Origin: Azolla caroliniana
Taxonomy: Eukaryota > Plantae > Polypodiophyta
Direction of reading: 5' to 3'
DNA: 64,000 bases
Assembly (NCBI GenBank): GCA_043228905.1
Contig: JBHGNT010000011.1
Location: 1,240,001 to 1,304,000, forward strand
This document shows positions 22,553 through 34,871 of the stretch, piece after piece. The position numbers were made by a program, and so were the translations under genes. Positions within the stretch are counted from its first letter, which is position 1, and every line of letters begins with the position of its first letter. A model generated the notes under the pieces. That model was not told where the DNA came from, did no database searches, and worked only from the letters and a program-made list of their open reading frames with translations.

Positions 22553-24619
22553 CTAACTGTCGCAGTAGAGTCGGTACTCCTCCTGCCGGATACCGAGCTC
22601 TCTAATGAAGTCCTTCATCCATATCATTTCCTTGCCGGCTTCAACAGCCGCCATGTACTCCGCCTCCGTGGTTGACAATGCAACCGTCTTCTGCAGCCTT
22701 GACTGCCACGAAACAGCTCCCCCTGCATACGTCATCACATACCCTGATGTGGACCGGCTGGTATCTGCATCAGCCGACATATCCGAATTGGTAAAGCCGT
22801 CGAGTTCGGGCTTACCGGAGCCGAATCGGAGGCACACGTTTGCCGTGCCCTTCAGGTATCGGAGTATCCACTTGGCCGCGTTCCAGTGTTCTTTGCCGGG
22901 ATTGCTCATGTACCGGCTAACCACTCCGACTGCATATCCTATGTCCGGTCTTGTACACACCATTGCGTACATCAAGCTTCCGACGGCAGAGGCATATGGT
23001 ACTTTCATTATGTCCTCCTTCTCAGCCTTTGTCTTGGGGCTTTGCTTGCTGGACAACTTGCAGTTTGCCGGGAGGGTCGATCCGACCGGTCTTGCTTCCG
23101 ACATGTTGAACCGTTGAAGCACCTTTGTCACGTACTTCTCCTGTGACAGCCACAACTGCTTCTTCCTCCGGTCCCGGATGATGTGCATCCCTAGCATTTG
23201 CCTCGCCGGACCCAGGTCCTTCATTGAGAAGGTTCGGTGAAGTGCTTTCTTCAGCATCCGTATCTTGACCTGGTCCCATCCGACGATCAACATGTCGTCC
23301 ACGTACAGGAGGAGTATTAGGAAGTCTCCTCCTTCGAACTTCTTCACAAACACGCAGTGATCGGACTGCGTTTTGTGGTACCCTTCGTCGGTCATGAAAG
23401 AGTCGAACTTCCGGTACCATTGCCGGGGAGCCTGCTTCAGTCCGTAAAGGCTCTTCTTCAACCGGCATACCAGGTGCTCCTTCCCTTTCTTCTCGAATCC
23501 TTCCGGTTGCTGCATGTAGATCTCTTCTTCGAGGTCACCGTGAAGGAATGTCGTCTTCACGTCCATCTGTTCTACCTCGAGGTCCATGCTTGCCGCTATG
23601 CTCAGCACCGTCTGGATGGAGGTCATCTTCACTACCGGGGCAAATATTTCGTCGAAGTCAACGCCCTTCTTCTGCTGGAACCACTTCACCACGATCCTGG
23701 CTTTGTATCTCGGGGGGTTTCCGGCATCTCCCGGTTTCAGCTTGAACACCCACTTGTTTCGAAGTGCCCGCTTTCCTTTCGGCAACTCCACAAGTTCATA
23801 TGTGTGGTTCTCATGTAGGGAATCCATCTCCTCCTGCATGGCACTTAACCACCTACGGCTATGGGTGTCAAGCTTTGCTTCTTCAAAACTCTCCGGCTCC
23901 CCCTCGTCGGTTAGCAGCACGTGCTCTGGTTCCGGAAATCTCCGGGGGGCCCTTCTCTCTCTTAGAGGATATCTCCGTTCCGGAGCTTCGGTAAATGGCT
24001 CCTCCGTTTCCTCTTCATCCGAATCCATTTCGGGATCGGGGCCGGTTCCGGTATCAGTTTCATCTTCCTCGGCCGGTTCTGTTTCTTCACCGTCTTCGGC
24101 CGGATCCTCGAGTGCTAACCGGTCCCTTGCCGGTCGGGACTGCTCCTCGTAGAGTTGATTCTCACCGGTCGACTTAGAGCTCTTCATCTTCTTCTCCGAC
24201 TCCCAGTCGGCGAGTGTCTTGTCCTCCATGAAGATGATATCTCGATTCCTGAATATCTTCTTGTCGACCGGGTCCCATACTCGGTAGCTGAACTCGTCGT
24301 CGCCGTAACCGAGGAATATGCATGGCCGGGTCTTTGGATCTAACTTTCCTCTCCGGTCCTTTGCCACGTGCACGTATGCGAGACACCCGAACACCTTCAG
24401 ATGCCGGTAGGATACTTCCCTACCGGTCCACACTCTCTGCGGCGTGTCTCCGTCCAAAGGTACTGAGGGTGATCTGTTTATCACGTATGTCGCCGTCGAC
24501 ATTGCCTCAGCCCAAAACCCCTTGGGTAATTTCGCATGCGCCAGCATACTCCGGACCCTCTCCATTATGGTCCGGTTCATCCTCTCGGCCAGCCCATTCA
24601 GTTCCGGCGTCTTCGGCAC
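22553..24619 (-). CDS. pol: Copia pol: integrase C-part, RT, RNase H (premature stop at the end)
   Basis: 688-aa ORF: TPELNGLAERMNR, QMDVKTTFLHG, LYVDDML, STTEAEY; TAG follows YCDS before RNase H is complete. Confidence 0.88.
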   Translation of the reverse strand: MPKTPELNGLAERMNRTIMERVRSMLAHAKLPKGFWAEAMSTATYVINRSPSVPLDGDTPQRVWTGREVSYRHLKVFGCLAYVHVAKDRRGKLDPKTRPCIFLGYGDDEFSYRVWDPVDKKIFRNRDIIFMEDKTLADWESEKKMKSSKSTGENQLYEEQSRPARDRLALEDPAEDGEETEPAEEDETDTGTGPDPEMDSDEEETEEPFTEAPERRYPLRERRAPRRFPEPEHVLLTDEGEPESFEEAKLDTHSRRWLSAMQEEMDSLHENHTYELVELPKGKRALRNKWVFKLKPGDAGNPPRYKARIVVKWFQQKKGVDFDEIFAPVVKMTSIQTVLSIAASMDLEVEQMDVKTTFLHGDLEEEIYMQQPEGFEKKGKEHLVCRLKKSLYGLKQAPRQWYRKFDSFMTDEGYHKTQSDHCVFVKKFEGGDFLILLLYVDDMLIVGWDQVKIRMLKKALHRTFSMKDLGPARQMLGMHIIRDRRKKQLWLSQEKYVTKVLQRFNMSEARPVGSTLPANCKLSSKQSPKTKAEKEDIMKVPYASAVGSLMYAMVCTRPDIGYAVGVVSRYMSNPGKEHWNAAKWILRYLKGTANVCLRFGSGKPELDGFTNSDMSADADTSRSTSGYVMTYAGGAVSWQSRLQKTVALSTTEAEYMAAVEAGKEMIWMKDFIRELGIRQEEYRLYCDS

Positions 24620-26388
24620 AGTAAACTCGAGCCGGATTCCCTTCGAGCGAACTGCCCCCGGTATTCCCCTCCGTTATCCGCTCGTATCGCTTTCAGCTTC
24701 TTGCCAGATTCCCTTTCCACTCTTGCGTGGAGTTCTTTGAAGACGGACAATACTTGGTCCTTTGTCTTCAACGGTGTCGTCCACAGCTTCCGGTTGTGGT
24801 CATCAATGAATGTCACGAAGTACTGGGCTCCGCCATGTGACTTCGTTTCTACTTGACACACGTCAGTGTGCACCAACTCCAATGGTGCGCTACGTCTCGT
24901 CGGTGGCCTTGAGTGGAAGGAGGTCCGGTTTTGCTTACCGGCCAGACAGTCGGTACACTTCCCCAAGTGTACATGCTTTACCGGTATCAGGTTGTCCTCG
25001 GCAAGCCTCTTCATCCCCTTCTTGCTCATGTGGCACAGTCTCTTGTGCCATAGCTCACCGGCAGTGTCAGCTGCCACGTTCAGCTCCTCCGGACATAGCC
25101 GGGAATTCATCAGGTACAGTGTGTTGATCTTCCGGGCCCGAGCCACTATCAGGCTCCCTTTGCTGAACTTCATGACACCGTTCCGGATGCTACCCGTGTA
25201 GCCTTCATCGTCTAGCCTCCCGGCCGAAATCAGGTTCAATCGAACCTCCGGAACGTGTCGAACATCCTTCAGCAGCATCTTGCATCCGGTTGATGTCATC
25301 AGCCACACGTCTCCTATGCCGGCAATCCGGCATGTACCTTCATTTCCCATCCGGACACAGCCGTGGTCACCGGCTGTGTAGGATGAGAAGTATTTCTTCT
25401 CCGGGGTCAGGTGGAACGACGCTCCGGAATCGACCACCCAGGTCATCTCTTCACCGGCAAGGTTCAGCTCCCTCTCTTCGGTAATGAGCATTATCTCTTC
25501 TTCACTTGCCGCGAGTGCCGTCGTTCCTTTCCGGTCCTGCCCTCGCCGATCCGGACCTCTCCGGTCCGTGGCTCCCCGGTATGCACCGTTTCGATCCGGT
25601 GACTTCTTCGAATCGGTGTCGTCAGCTCCGTTGTCTTTTCGGTAATGCCGACAATTCTTCCGGAAGTGCCCCAGCTTCCCACAGTGGAAGCATGTGGGCC
25701 TTCCTCTTGACTTCGACCGGGTCCCCGACTTCTCCCGTCTTTGCGGACTCCGGTTCCGTTGTCTTCCCCGTTCCGATTCGGTAAGCAGCGCCTTCGAGTC
25801 GGAGGCCGGTTCTTTATCTCTCCGACGCGCTTCTTCGTTCAAAATACTTGTCTTTACCATTTGTAGGGACAAGTTATCTTCGGCGCAGGAGGTGCTGAGA
25901 GTCACCACCAAGTTCTCCCAGCTTTCCGGCAATGTACACATCAGGATGATGGCTTGCATTGCATCCTCCAACGGGAACTTGATCGCCGCAAGCTGGTTCA
26001 CGAATCCCATGAACGTGCTTACGTGTTCCACCATACTCTCGCCGTCCCGGTACTTGAGGTTCACTATCTTCCTCATCAGGGAGGTCCGGTTCAACGCATT
26101 CTTCCTCTCGTAGAGGCCCGACAGCTTCCGCCACATCTCATATGCGTTGGTGTCGTTCGCCACATGTTGTAGAACGCTCACGTCGACGTATTGCCGAATG
26201 GTTGCAACGGCTTTCCGGTTCAGAAGCCTCCATTCCGTCTCAAGTACCCCCTTGGGTATTTCCGACCTGTCGATCGGTTCATACAGGTCCCGAACAATGA
26301 GCAGATCCTCCATCTTTATCTTCCAATCGGCGTAGTTCTGCGCATTCGGCACCATCATCCCCGGCTGCCCGCTGCCGCCGCCTTCCAT
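24598..26388 (-). CDS. gag-pol: Copia gag-protease-integrase N-part (frameshift/deletion near 24640)
   Basis: CFHCGKLGHFRKNC, WVVDSGASFH, LWHKRLCH...CTDC, ELVHTDVC, RADNGGEY. Confidence 0.88.
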   Translation of the reverse strand: MEGGGSGQPGMMVPNAQNYADWKIKMEDLLIVRDLYEPIDRSEIPKGVLETEWRLLNRKAVATIRQYVDVSVLQHVANDTNAYEMWRKLSGLYERKNALNRTSLMRKIVNLKYRDGESMVEHVSTFMGFVNQLAAIKFPLEDAMQAIILMCTLPESWENLVVTLSTSCAEDNLSLQMVKTSILNEEARRRDKEPASDSKALLTESERGRQRNRSPQRREKSGTRSKSRGRPTCFHCGKLGHFRKNCRHYRKDNGADDTDSKKSPDRNGAYRGATDRRGPDRRGQDRKGTTALAASEEEIMLITEERELNLAGEEMTWVVDSGASFHLTPEKKYFSSYTAGDHGCVRMGNEGTCRIAGIGDVWLMTSTGCKMLLKDVRHVPEVRLNLISAGRLDDEGYTGSIRNGVMKFSKGSLIVARARKINTLYLMNSRLCPEELNVAADTAGELWHKRLCHMSKKGMKRLAEDNLIPVKHVHLGKCTDCLAGKQNRTSFHSRPPTRRSAPLELVHTDVCQVETKSHGGAQYFVTFIDDHNRKLWTTPLKTKDQVLSVFKELHARVERESGKKLKAIRADNGGEYRGQFARRESGSSLLCRRRRN

Positions 26389-26879
26389 TTTCTGCACTGC
26401 CGTCGCTCTGATACCACTGTCCTCTTCGATGTAGCACCCGAGGTGTAAAACAGTACGAATAACGTGGCCTTAATGGTGCGTAAACCAAAAGGCCATTAGT
26501 GTGGTATTCCTCGTAAGGAATAATTTTGGGAGTTACTGTAGTAGGCTCATTTATGAGCAGTCAAATACTGTCACTACTTGTGTTAGCCCGATAGTCAAGG
26601 CTTGTATAATAGGTTCTGTTGAACACAGTGCTCGGCCACAACCGAGGAATAGGATCAACTCGCAGAAAACAAGAAATACAAAATGCACGAAGACAGTAGA
26701 GAGAAGAGTACACAGGATGTTTTACGTGGAAAACCCTAAATGGGAAAAACCATGGGAGTCCTCAAACTCCAACTATCACTATAAACAGAGATGTACAATG
26801 GTGAAGCTACAAGGCAACAACCTTGAGCTCACTGTCTTCGCCACAGGCGGCGGTAATACACAGAGGCAACGACCTCTTC

Positions 26880-26914
<35 letters not shown>

Positions 26915-29079
26915 CTGCTCACTTAGCTCCCTCTAAGTGGAAAATCAGAAAAATGAATAACAGCACACAAAACTGTTTGCCCTAAGTCATATTTATACAC
27001 ATATGACTTTCGGGCTATTTACAAATATAGCCTCAAGGGCCCTTGGCAAACATATTCACAAATATGTCCCCGCATCCGGATCTCTCTCCGGGTACATACG
27101 TCATCCGGCTCCGTAGCCGGGGTCTTCGTCATCCGGCTCCGTAGCTGGGTCTTCGTCATCCGGCTCCGTAGCTGGGTCTTCGTCATCCGGCTCCGTAGCC
27201 AGGGTCTTCGTCATCCGGCTCCGTAGCCGGGGTCTTCGTCATCCGGCTCCGTAGCTAGGTCTTCGTAATCCGGCTCCGTAGCCGGGTCTTCGTCATCCGG
27301 CTCCGTAGCCGGGGTCTTCGTCATCCGAACGGAGCCGGGGTCTTCATCATCCGCCTCTGATACCGGGTACTCCTCATTCGGGTCTTCATTCCCGATTCCC
27401 GGACATCCGACCATCCCATCCGGAGGGACCGTAATCCCAACAGGTTCTCACTGAGCTCGAAGTATGTACAAAGCGTCATTATTTTGAAATAGAACTGAGT
27501 TGTCTGCTCTCTCTCTGTCTCTCCATCTCCATCTCTGTGTTTTTTGTGTTTACCGAACTGTCTTATTTCCGAACTATGTACTCTGTGTTTCTGCACCCGT
27601 ATTCTTTTACACGAAGTAACGGCTTCCACCAAACCTCACGTTCTGTGCCGGTCCCCACACATACGAATATATCAAATCCAGCGGATTTCGACTACGATTA
27701 CGCTCATTCGGGAATGGAAGTTGGTGTTGCTTCCCAAGTTGGCAGGCATCGCAAACTTGGCCATTACGGCCCCGAAATTTCGGTAAGCCGAAAACAATGT
27801 TTTTCTTCTGCATTTCACAAAGCCGTGGGAAGTTAACGTGGCTGAACCACTTGTGCCACAAATCGATGTCCGAATCGACCTTCTGTCCTTTCACGAATAG
27901 CGTCATTCCGGCTTGATTGGTGTCGAGGTTGATCATCGTCCCTTCAAGGCGCCCTTGCGTGATAACTTGGCCTTCCTCTTCGATGTAGCACCCGAGGTGT
28001 AAAACAGTACGCATAACGTGGCTTTAATAGTGCGTAAAACAATAGGCCATTAGTATGGTATTCCTCGTAAGGAATAATTTTGGGAGTTACTGTAGTAGGC
28101 TCATTTATGAGCAGTCAAGTACTGTTAGTACTTGTGTTAGCCCGATACTCAGGGCTTGTATAATAGATGCTCACTGAGCACGAAGTATGTACAGAGCATC
28201 ATTATTTTGAAATAGAACTGAGTTGTCTGCACTCTCTCTGTCTCTCCATCTCCATCTCTGTGTTTTCTGTGTTTACCGAACTGTATTATTTCCGAACTAT
28301 GTACTCTGTGTTTCCGCACACGCTTCCGCACACGTATTCTTTTACACGAAGTAACGGCTTCCACCAAACCTCACGTTCTGTGTTGGTCCCCACACATCCG
28401 AATATATCATATCAAGCGGATTTCGACTATGATTACACTCATTCGGGAATGGAAGTCGGTGTTGCTTCCCGAGTTGGCAGGCTTCGCAGACTTGGCCATT
28501 ACGGCCTCGACATTTCGAAAAGCCGAAAACAATGTTCTTCATCCGCATTTCACGAAGCCGTGGGAAGTTAGCGTGGCTGAACCGCTTGTGCCACAAATCG
28601 ATGTCCGAATCGACCTTCTGTCCTTTTGCGAATAGCGTCGTTCCGGCTTGATTGGTGTCGAGGATGAACATCGTCCGTTCAAGCCGCCCTTGCGCGATAA
28701 CTTGGCCTTCCTCTTCGATGTAGCACCTGAGGTGTAAAAGAGTACGCATAACGTGGCCTTAATGGTGCTTAACCGATAGGCCATTAGTATGGTAGTTCTC
28801 GTAAGGAATAATTTTGGGAGTTACTGTAGTAGGCTCATTTATGAGCAGTCAAGTACTGTCAGTACTTGTGTTAGCCCGATAGTCAAGGCTTGTATAATAG
28901 GTGCTCACTAAGCACGAACTATGTACAGAGCATCATTATTTTGAAATAGAACTGAGTTGTCTGCTCTCTCTCTGTCTCTCCATCTCCATCTCTATGTTTT
29001 CTGTGTTTACTGAACTGTCTTATTTCCGAACTATGTACTCTATGTTTACCCACACGCTTCCGCACACGTATTCTTTTAC

Positions 29080-31052
29080 ACAAAGTAACGGCTTCCACCA
29101 AGACTCACGTTCTATGCCAGTCCCCACACGTCTGAATAGATCAAATCCAATGGATTTTGACTATGATTACGCTCATTCGGGAATGGAAGTCGGTGTTGCT
29201 TCCCAAGTTGGCAGGCTTCGCAAACTTGGCCATTACAGCCACGAAATTTCGAAAAGCCGAAAACAATGTTCTTCATCCGCATTTCACGAAGCCGTCGGAA
29301 GTTAACGTGGCCAAACCGCTTGTGCCACAGATCGATGTCCGAATCGACCTTCTGTCCTTTTGCGAATAGCGTCGTTCCGGCTTGATTGGTGTCGAGGATG
29401 AACATTGTCCCTTCATGTCGCCCTTGCGCAATAACTTGGCCTTCCTCTTCTATGTAGCACCCGAGGTGTATGAATCGAACTTGCAACCCCTAGTCGACGA
29501 TATGTCTGATCAACACCAGGTTCTTGGTTATTGTCGGGACGTGCAACACGTTCATAAGTTTCCCTTTCTGCCCAACGTGGCTGAGAGGAACTTCTCCGAC
29601 ATGTTCGATAGTATGCGGAGTGTCGTCTCCCGTTTCGACCACTCTTTGTTTTTCCAGTTTCTCCCAATACGAGAACCATTCCGGAATCAACATACCACAC
29701 CTCGTTCGATTTCAAGGTGTTCACGGCCATCGAATTGGCCTTGTGCTTCATTACAAAGGCTGGGCCCGATCCACTTTGCGTTGTACGATTTCTGACGCCT
29801 TCCTACGTGTCTTTCGCTCGATCCGACTTTCTCTGAATTGGCTCTCTTCTTCCAACACTCGCTCTCCCTATGGCCTTTCTTGCCACAATACCATCATTCC
29901 ATCATGGTCTTCTCTTGCAACCTACGGGGCTTATCTTCCTCTGTGTACAACATCTTGTTGTCGGTGTGCGTACTCGTTGACGCACCCACCTGATTCTCCT
30001 CCACGAGCTACATTGACTGAAGCTCGAAGAGCAAAGGCGTAATCTCCCTAGTGTAGACCGCTAACCCACCAAGACACACCTACACCATTTTTTTCTCCTC
30101 GACATTCACGTTGACGGAGGCAAGAGAGTCGCAGATCTCCTTGATTCGGGCCGTGTAATCAGCCACAGACAGATCTTTCTGGCGGACATTGCAAAGTTCC
30201 TGCTTGAGTTGCAGCTTCCTAGCCATTGTGCTAGCTGCAAATATCCTCTTGAGATTCGCCCACGCGTCCTTTGGCGTCTTAGCATCCCAAATGTAGCTCA
30301 AGAGCTGATCGCTCACATAAGACGTGAAGTCGTAAAGAACTCTCCTTGCCGCTTGTTCCCAAGCCGAAAAATCTCTACGTGTCGATTCGAGCATTGTATC
30401 GTTAGCTCCTTCAACATAACTCCAGTAGTTGTGACCAAGCAAGTACTAGTGCATCTTGTACGACCAAGATGCGTAGTTGCTTCTGTCAAGCTTCTCAGTC
30501 AGTAACGAGCTTCCCATTCCTCTGTCCATATTGATTTCTTATCCTTTCCGAAAACAACTTAACTTTGTCTTATCGCAAGCTTTTCTGTCAGCTGCAGAGG
30601 AGTCTCAACCCTCGCGCTCTGATACCATGTAAAAGAATACGTGTGCGGAAGCTTATGCGTAAGAACACAGAGTACACGGGTCGATAGTACGACAGTTCGG
30701 TAGAACACAGAAACCACAAAGAAAGAGAGGGAGAGAGAGAGAGAGAGCAGAAAATATGAAACTATATTCAAAATAATTCTCTGCATGTTCTCTGTACATA
30801 CTTCGTGCTCAGTGAGCACCTTTTATACAAGCCCTGACTATTGGGCTGACACAAGTACTTACAATACTTGATGCTCATAAATGAGCATCCTACACTTACT
30901 CCCAAAATTATTCCTTATAAGGAATAACACTCTAACAGCCTCTCGGTTTAAACACCACCACAACCATATTTTGCGTACAGTTTTACGCACCTAGTCTACG
31001 CACTGGGTTACGTACCCGTTTACGCACCCAATGTTGAGCTTGTCTCTCAACA
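29080..31052 (-). mobile_element. Copia family-A 5' half (LTR 30628-31052, PBS-Met, decayed gag/PR/INT)
   Basis: GCTCTGATACCA at 30616-30627; gag homologous to that at 3738; internal deletions. Confidence 0.9.
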
Positions 31053-31445
31053 AAATGCCATACACCCTCCTCATCCTTGAGACGAGATCACTTCCCATTG
31101 ATAACATGGCCATGCAAAGGGTTGTTGAATACATGCTTAAGGTACAAAAAGTTCCTCACATCGACTTCTTAGAATTGCATGGGAAGAAAGCAAAAAGATC
31201 CAAAAGACTCATAAAGGAAAAATTTTGTGTTCCGGTTGGATGCAAGATATGGAAAAATGGTTTGGTAGATGGGTTGCGACACACTTGCTTCATAATGCAT
31301 CACTAGATTCCTTTGTAAATGAGGCCTTTTTGAAATGCCATGTATCATGACATGGGAAAAATGTGGAGTCTCATGCTTCACACATTATACCACACATGTT
31401 GCACCTAACTACAAAACCATATTCTTTGCAGAAAGGGGAAACCGT

Positions 31446-34400
31446 TGTTGTGAAGGATCCAACCATATGAAGAAACGAATCCGCATGCACATGAACGCGG
31501 GTGTGCACGAATGCACACGAAACTGTCTTTATGTACAAACATGTGTAAATAACATAGTGATAGTGGAGTGTTGAGGAATACTAGGTAGGAGCGATTCGAT
31601 AGGTACTTTAAGACCACACGGGTGGAGAGTAATAAAGGGGATTGATGGGAGAAAATCAAGGGGAAGATCTAAGAGAAAAGCGGTTTTCTTAATAGCCTGA
31701 TGGAAAAGCTTCTCTCTCTCTCTCCAGAAACTATAAAAGGAAGGGGGTTCACGATTTTGGAGGACGAAGTGCTACAGGACTAAGCTTTGTAGGCTTTTGC
31801 CTTCCTACTTTATGTTTCCGGTTTTCTGTGGTTGCGAAGCAAGGCCTCTGTTTCACACTAGTAGCCTGTGTGCTCCTGATCAGAGACTCGCTAGCGTCTA
31901 TGTGTGTGGGTGTGTGTTGCAAACTCGAAGCTCCCTTGCTAGCCGCGTCCAGTTGTAATCCTTTCTTCTTTCATTGTTAATCATTGGTATTTACTAAGTC
32001 TCTCTTTGTGTTCGGGCTCTCCCACATTTTCTCTGTGCGTCTCGTGTTTGCTGTGTTCCGCACCCGTGACCTTTACCCTATTCTATTTCTGTTTGTGCGT
32101 GGTTATCTAAGTGTGTGAGCCCGTGAGCTCATTGATTGCTACTCGAAACCAGTTTGGTGTAGTATTTGCCATTGAGCCGGTGTGCTCATCGTCCGACGTC
32201 TAGGACCGAGCCAGATCGGATACTTGTCTGGAACCCGACGTGAACCCTTCTCTCTTCTTTCTTCTCTCCTTATTCTCTCTTATTGGCTCCTTGGTCCAAG
32301 ACCCCGGTGGTCCCACCCCAGGATCCTACACGTACCCTCGAAAAACCGCGAGATCTTTGGTAAACCCGATGTGAAGCGGCAGTGAAGGAGTCTGAAGATG
32401 AGGGGGAGCGAACTAGTGGAGGTGATGGTGATGGTCATTGACCACCTAATCAACACTCGAGAGAGTGCCCTCAAAAAAACCATTGAGTCGATAGTCAGTC
32501 GGCGCGATAGGTTGGTTCAATGGCAAAGATGCCACGAGCTATTTGGAGGCCTGCCAGCCCGAAATGATGATGAGGGATATTCTGGAGGATAGACGGTTCA
32601 CCGGATTCCCTCAGGTCGTTACATCGAGCATCTATGGTAAGGTGCTTGAGGTGCAAGTAGACTACCATAATTGGGCAGATTTCGAGGGGTGGCTCCTCAA
32701 AAGGTATGGCTTCGATGACTCGCTCCGATTGTCGAAGAAAGAATTTATGGATTGGGTCGAGAGCCCCGAGAAAGGCCGGATTACATCGACGCTTCTTCAG
32801 GAGTTCGAGAAGCGATTCGCGAGACTCTCGACACTAGACTGGACCATACTTGATACGAGCAAGGTCATGTTGTTTGTGAAGTCGGTCGATTTCCTGGACT
32901 GCGAGAATGTGGGTCTCCTCTTGGAGACAGATGCAAGGCTTCGGTCGACTGGGCCATGGTTAAAAGAGTGTGAAACCGTTTCGACAAACGGCGTGATTGG
33001 AACGACGATAGAACGTCATCGACCGACCCGTATGCCGAGAAGAAGCCGGAGAAACCAATTCCGACACGGTTGGAAGAAACTAGGCGGTGGCTCAAGTCTG
33101 GCTCGGCTCTGGCCAACGTGATCGCTGGACCGGCCGGGGGCGCAACCCTAGAGGAGTTGTCGAAGATGGTGCATGATCTTCAGATCGCTCAATCCCGAAG
33201 GGAAGGTGACGGTCAATCTGCGATCAACGCTTGCCAATCGACCAAAGATGCATGTGGTACGACGACATCGGGGACATAAGAAGCGATTACATCGACTTCG
33301 CCAACACATTTAGAAACAATGTCGTGTACCTATGGAACGGTCGGGTGCACTCTTGTGAGATCTGGAAACCCCTCAAACCGAACACCAGCCGAGGGTGAAT
33401 GAAGCGGTTAATGGAGGAAGTCATGGCACGATATGTTGAGGCCATCCACTACTCGGCATCGGTCGGAATCCAGGTAGGCGGAGAGAAGGGCACTGGCTCT
33501 AGAACCGACACCAAGTTTTGCCCAGTGGTGCTTGAAAGCTTCTCAGGAAAGAAGCTAAAGAAGGAGGAGAAAAACTGTGTAGAGGAGCAGGTCCGAGAGG
33601 TCACCAAGTGGAGTGATCCGGTGGAGGAGCAGACCGGCTTCATGGAAACGGCGTGCCAGAACTACAAAGGTGCCAGTCCTTCGAACCGGAACGGGCCGAG
33701 GAAGGAGGATGTCAGATTAGTTGGCCGACAAGAGAGGGAAAAAGGCAAGTTTCCAAGTTTCTGACTGAGCTTGGAAATCGAAAAGAAGACAAACCTATGA
33801 AAGGTCTTAGAGGAGCGGATCCTCGACAGTCAAGGGAACTCATGTTGCAGGAAGTGCTTGGGATAGCAAAGAAGGAGTTCCACGACGGCATCTTCGATCT
33901 AGTGAAGAGGATGAGGCTATCAATGGAGTCGGAAGCGGAAAGGCTGGTCGAGGTGAGGAAGGCATTGATCGATGACATGGTGGTAGAAGACGAATACGCC
34001 GGAAGCCACTACATGAAACCACACTGGGCAAGGACTACGACAAAGACACCGGTTCGGATCGGTGATGTGCAGGAGCCGGTGGTAGCATTGATCGACCATT
34101 TATCGGAAATAAAATTGACGTCCATGGATGTTTACAAGAAGGGCAAGTGGGCGATCAATACGAAGCACGGTTGGAAGATACGTGCGGCGACCTGAGCCAT
34201 GGAGGAGCTACACGGAGTGTGCCCGAATGTCCGAGTAAAGGTCAGGAATGTCGAGATCGACCAACACTTCTTCGTGCAAGAGATATCCTCCCATCAGGTG
34301 ATTCTCAGTGAACCTTACATTACAGCGGCTCGAATGGAGACAAAGCTGCTGGACAACTGTTCGGCCTACCCGAGGGTAAAGAGCCAAGACAACCCGTGCA

Positions 34401-34564
34401 TTCACCATCCGACATCCGGGGCCGAGCCGTATCGAATACTTGTCTGGAACCCAATGTGAACCATTCTCTCTTCTCTCTTTCTCATTCTCTCTTACCGGCT
34501 CCTTGACCCAAGACCTCGATGAACCTGCCCCGGGATCCTACACGTACCCACTCGAACCGCGACA
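31446..34564 (+). mobile_element. Trp-primed gypsy, internally deleted (5' LTR 31446-~32353, gag-PR, partial 3' LTR), TSD CCGT/CCAT
   Basis: TGTTGTGAAG start; PBS TGGTAAACCCGATGTGAA at 32358-32375; gag/PR homologous to 10296-12400; ends CGCGACA. Confidence 0.85.
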
Positions 34565-34871
34565 CCATACACATCGATACATGTTAGAGTCCATCCTGTT
34601 GTCTCTCATTCGAACCATTGCTCCCATGTGACTTAGCACACATGCATTCCGATATGAGATGGGGCGTTGGGGCACCAGTGATGAGAGTGGTGGACTATGC
34701 ACACTTTGCCCTAAACAAGTTTGAGAGTTTGAGTATCACACTTTGAAACAATACTCTACCTTTGATTATATTCGACCATGCTTTCCACACATCTTTGCAC
34801 AAGCCCAATCCTTTCACTAATTTCTCTCACAACCACAATGTGCACTCTCGATTGCAACATTCATTGGTAAA

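Larger units (their letters stand above)
21633..27442 (-). mobile_element. Near-intact Ty1/copia (Tnt1/Tork-like), LTRs 21633-22317 and 26617-27442, TSD GGTTC
   Basis: TGTTG...CAACA LTRs; PBS-Met 26405-26416; PPT AGGGGGAGTT; GGTTC at 21628-21632 and 27443-27447. Confidence 0.95.
20736..29470. repeat. Four tandem ~735-750 bp chimeric units (copia LTR part + antisense integrase fragment); unit 2 split by a full copia
   Basis: Repeated junctions GAGGTGTA|AAAxAGTACG at ~21463, ~28001 and ~28737; TTTTA(C/A)A|(C/T)(G/A)AAGTAACGG at 21081, 27611, ~28346 and ~29079. Confidence 0.85.
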
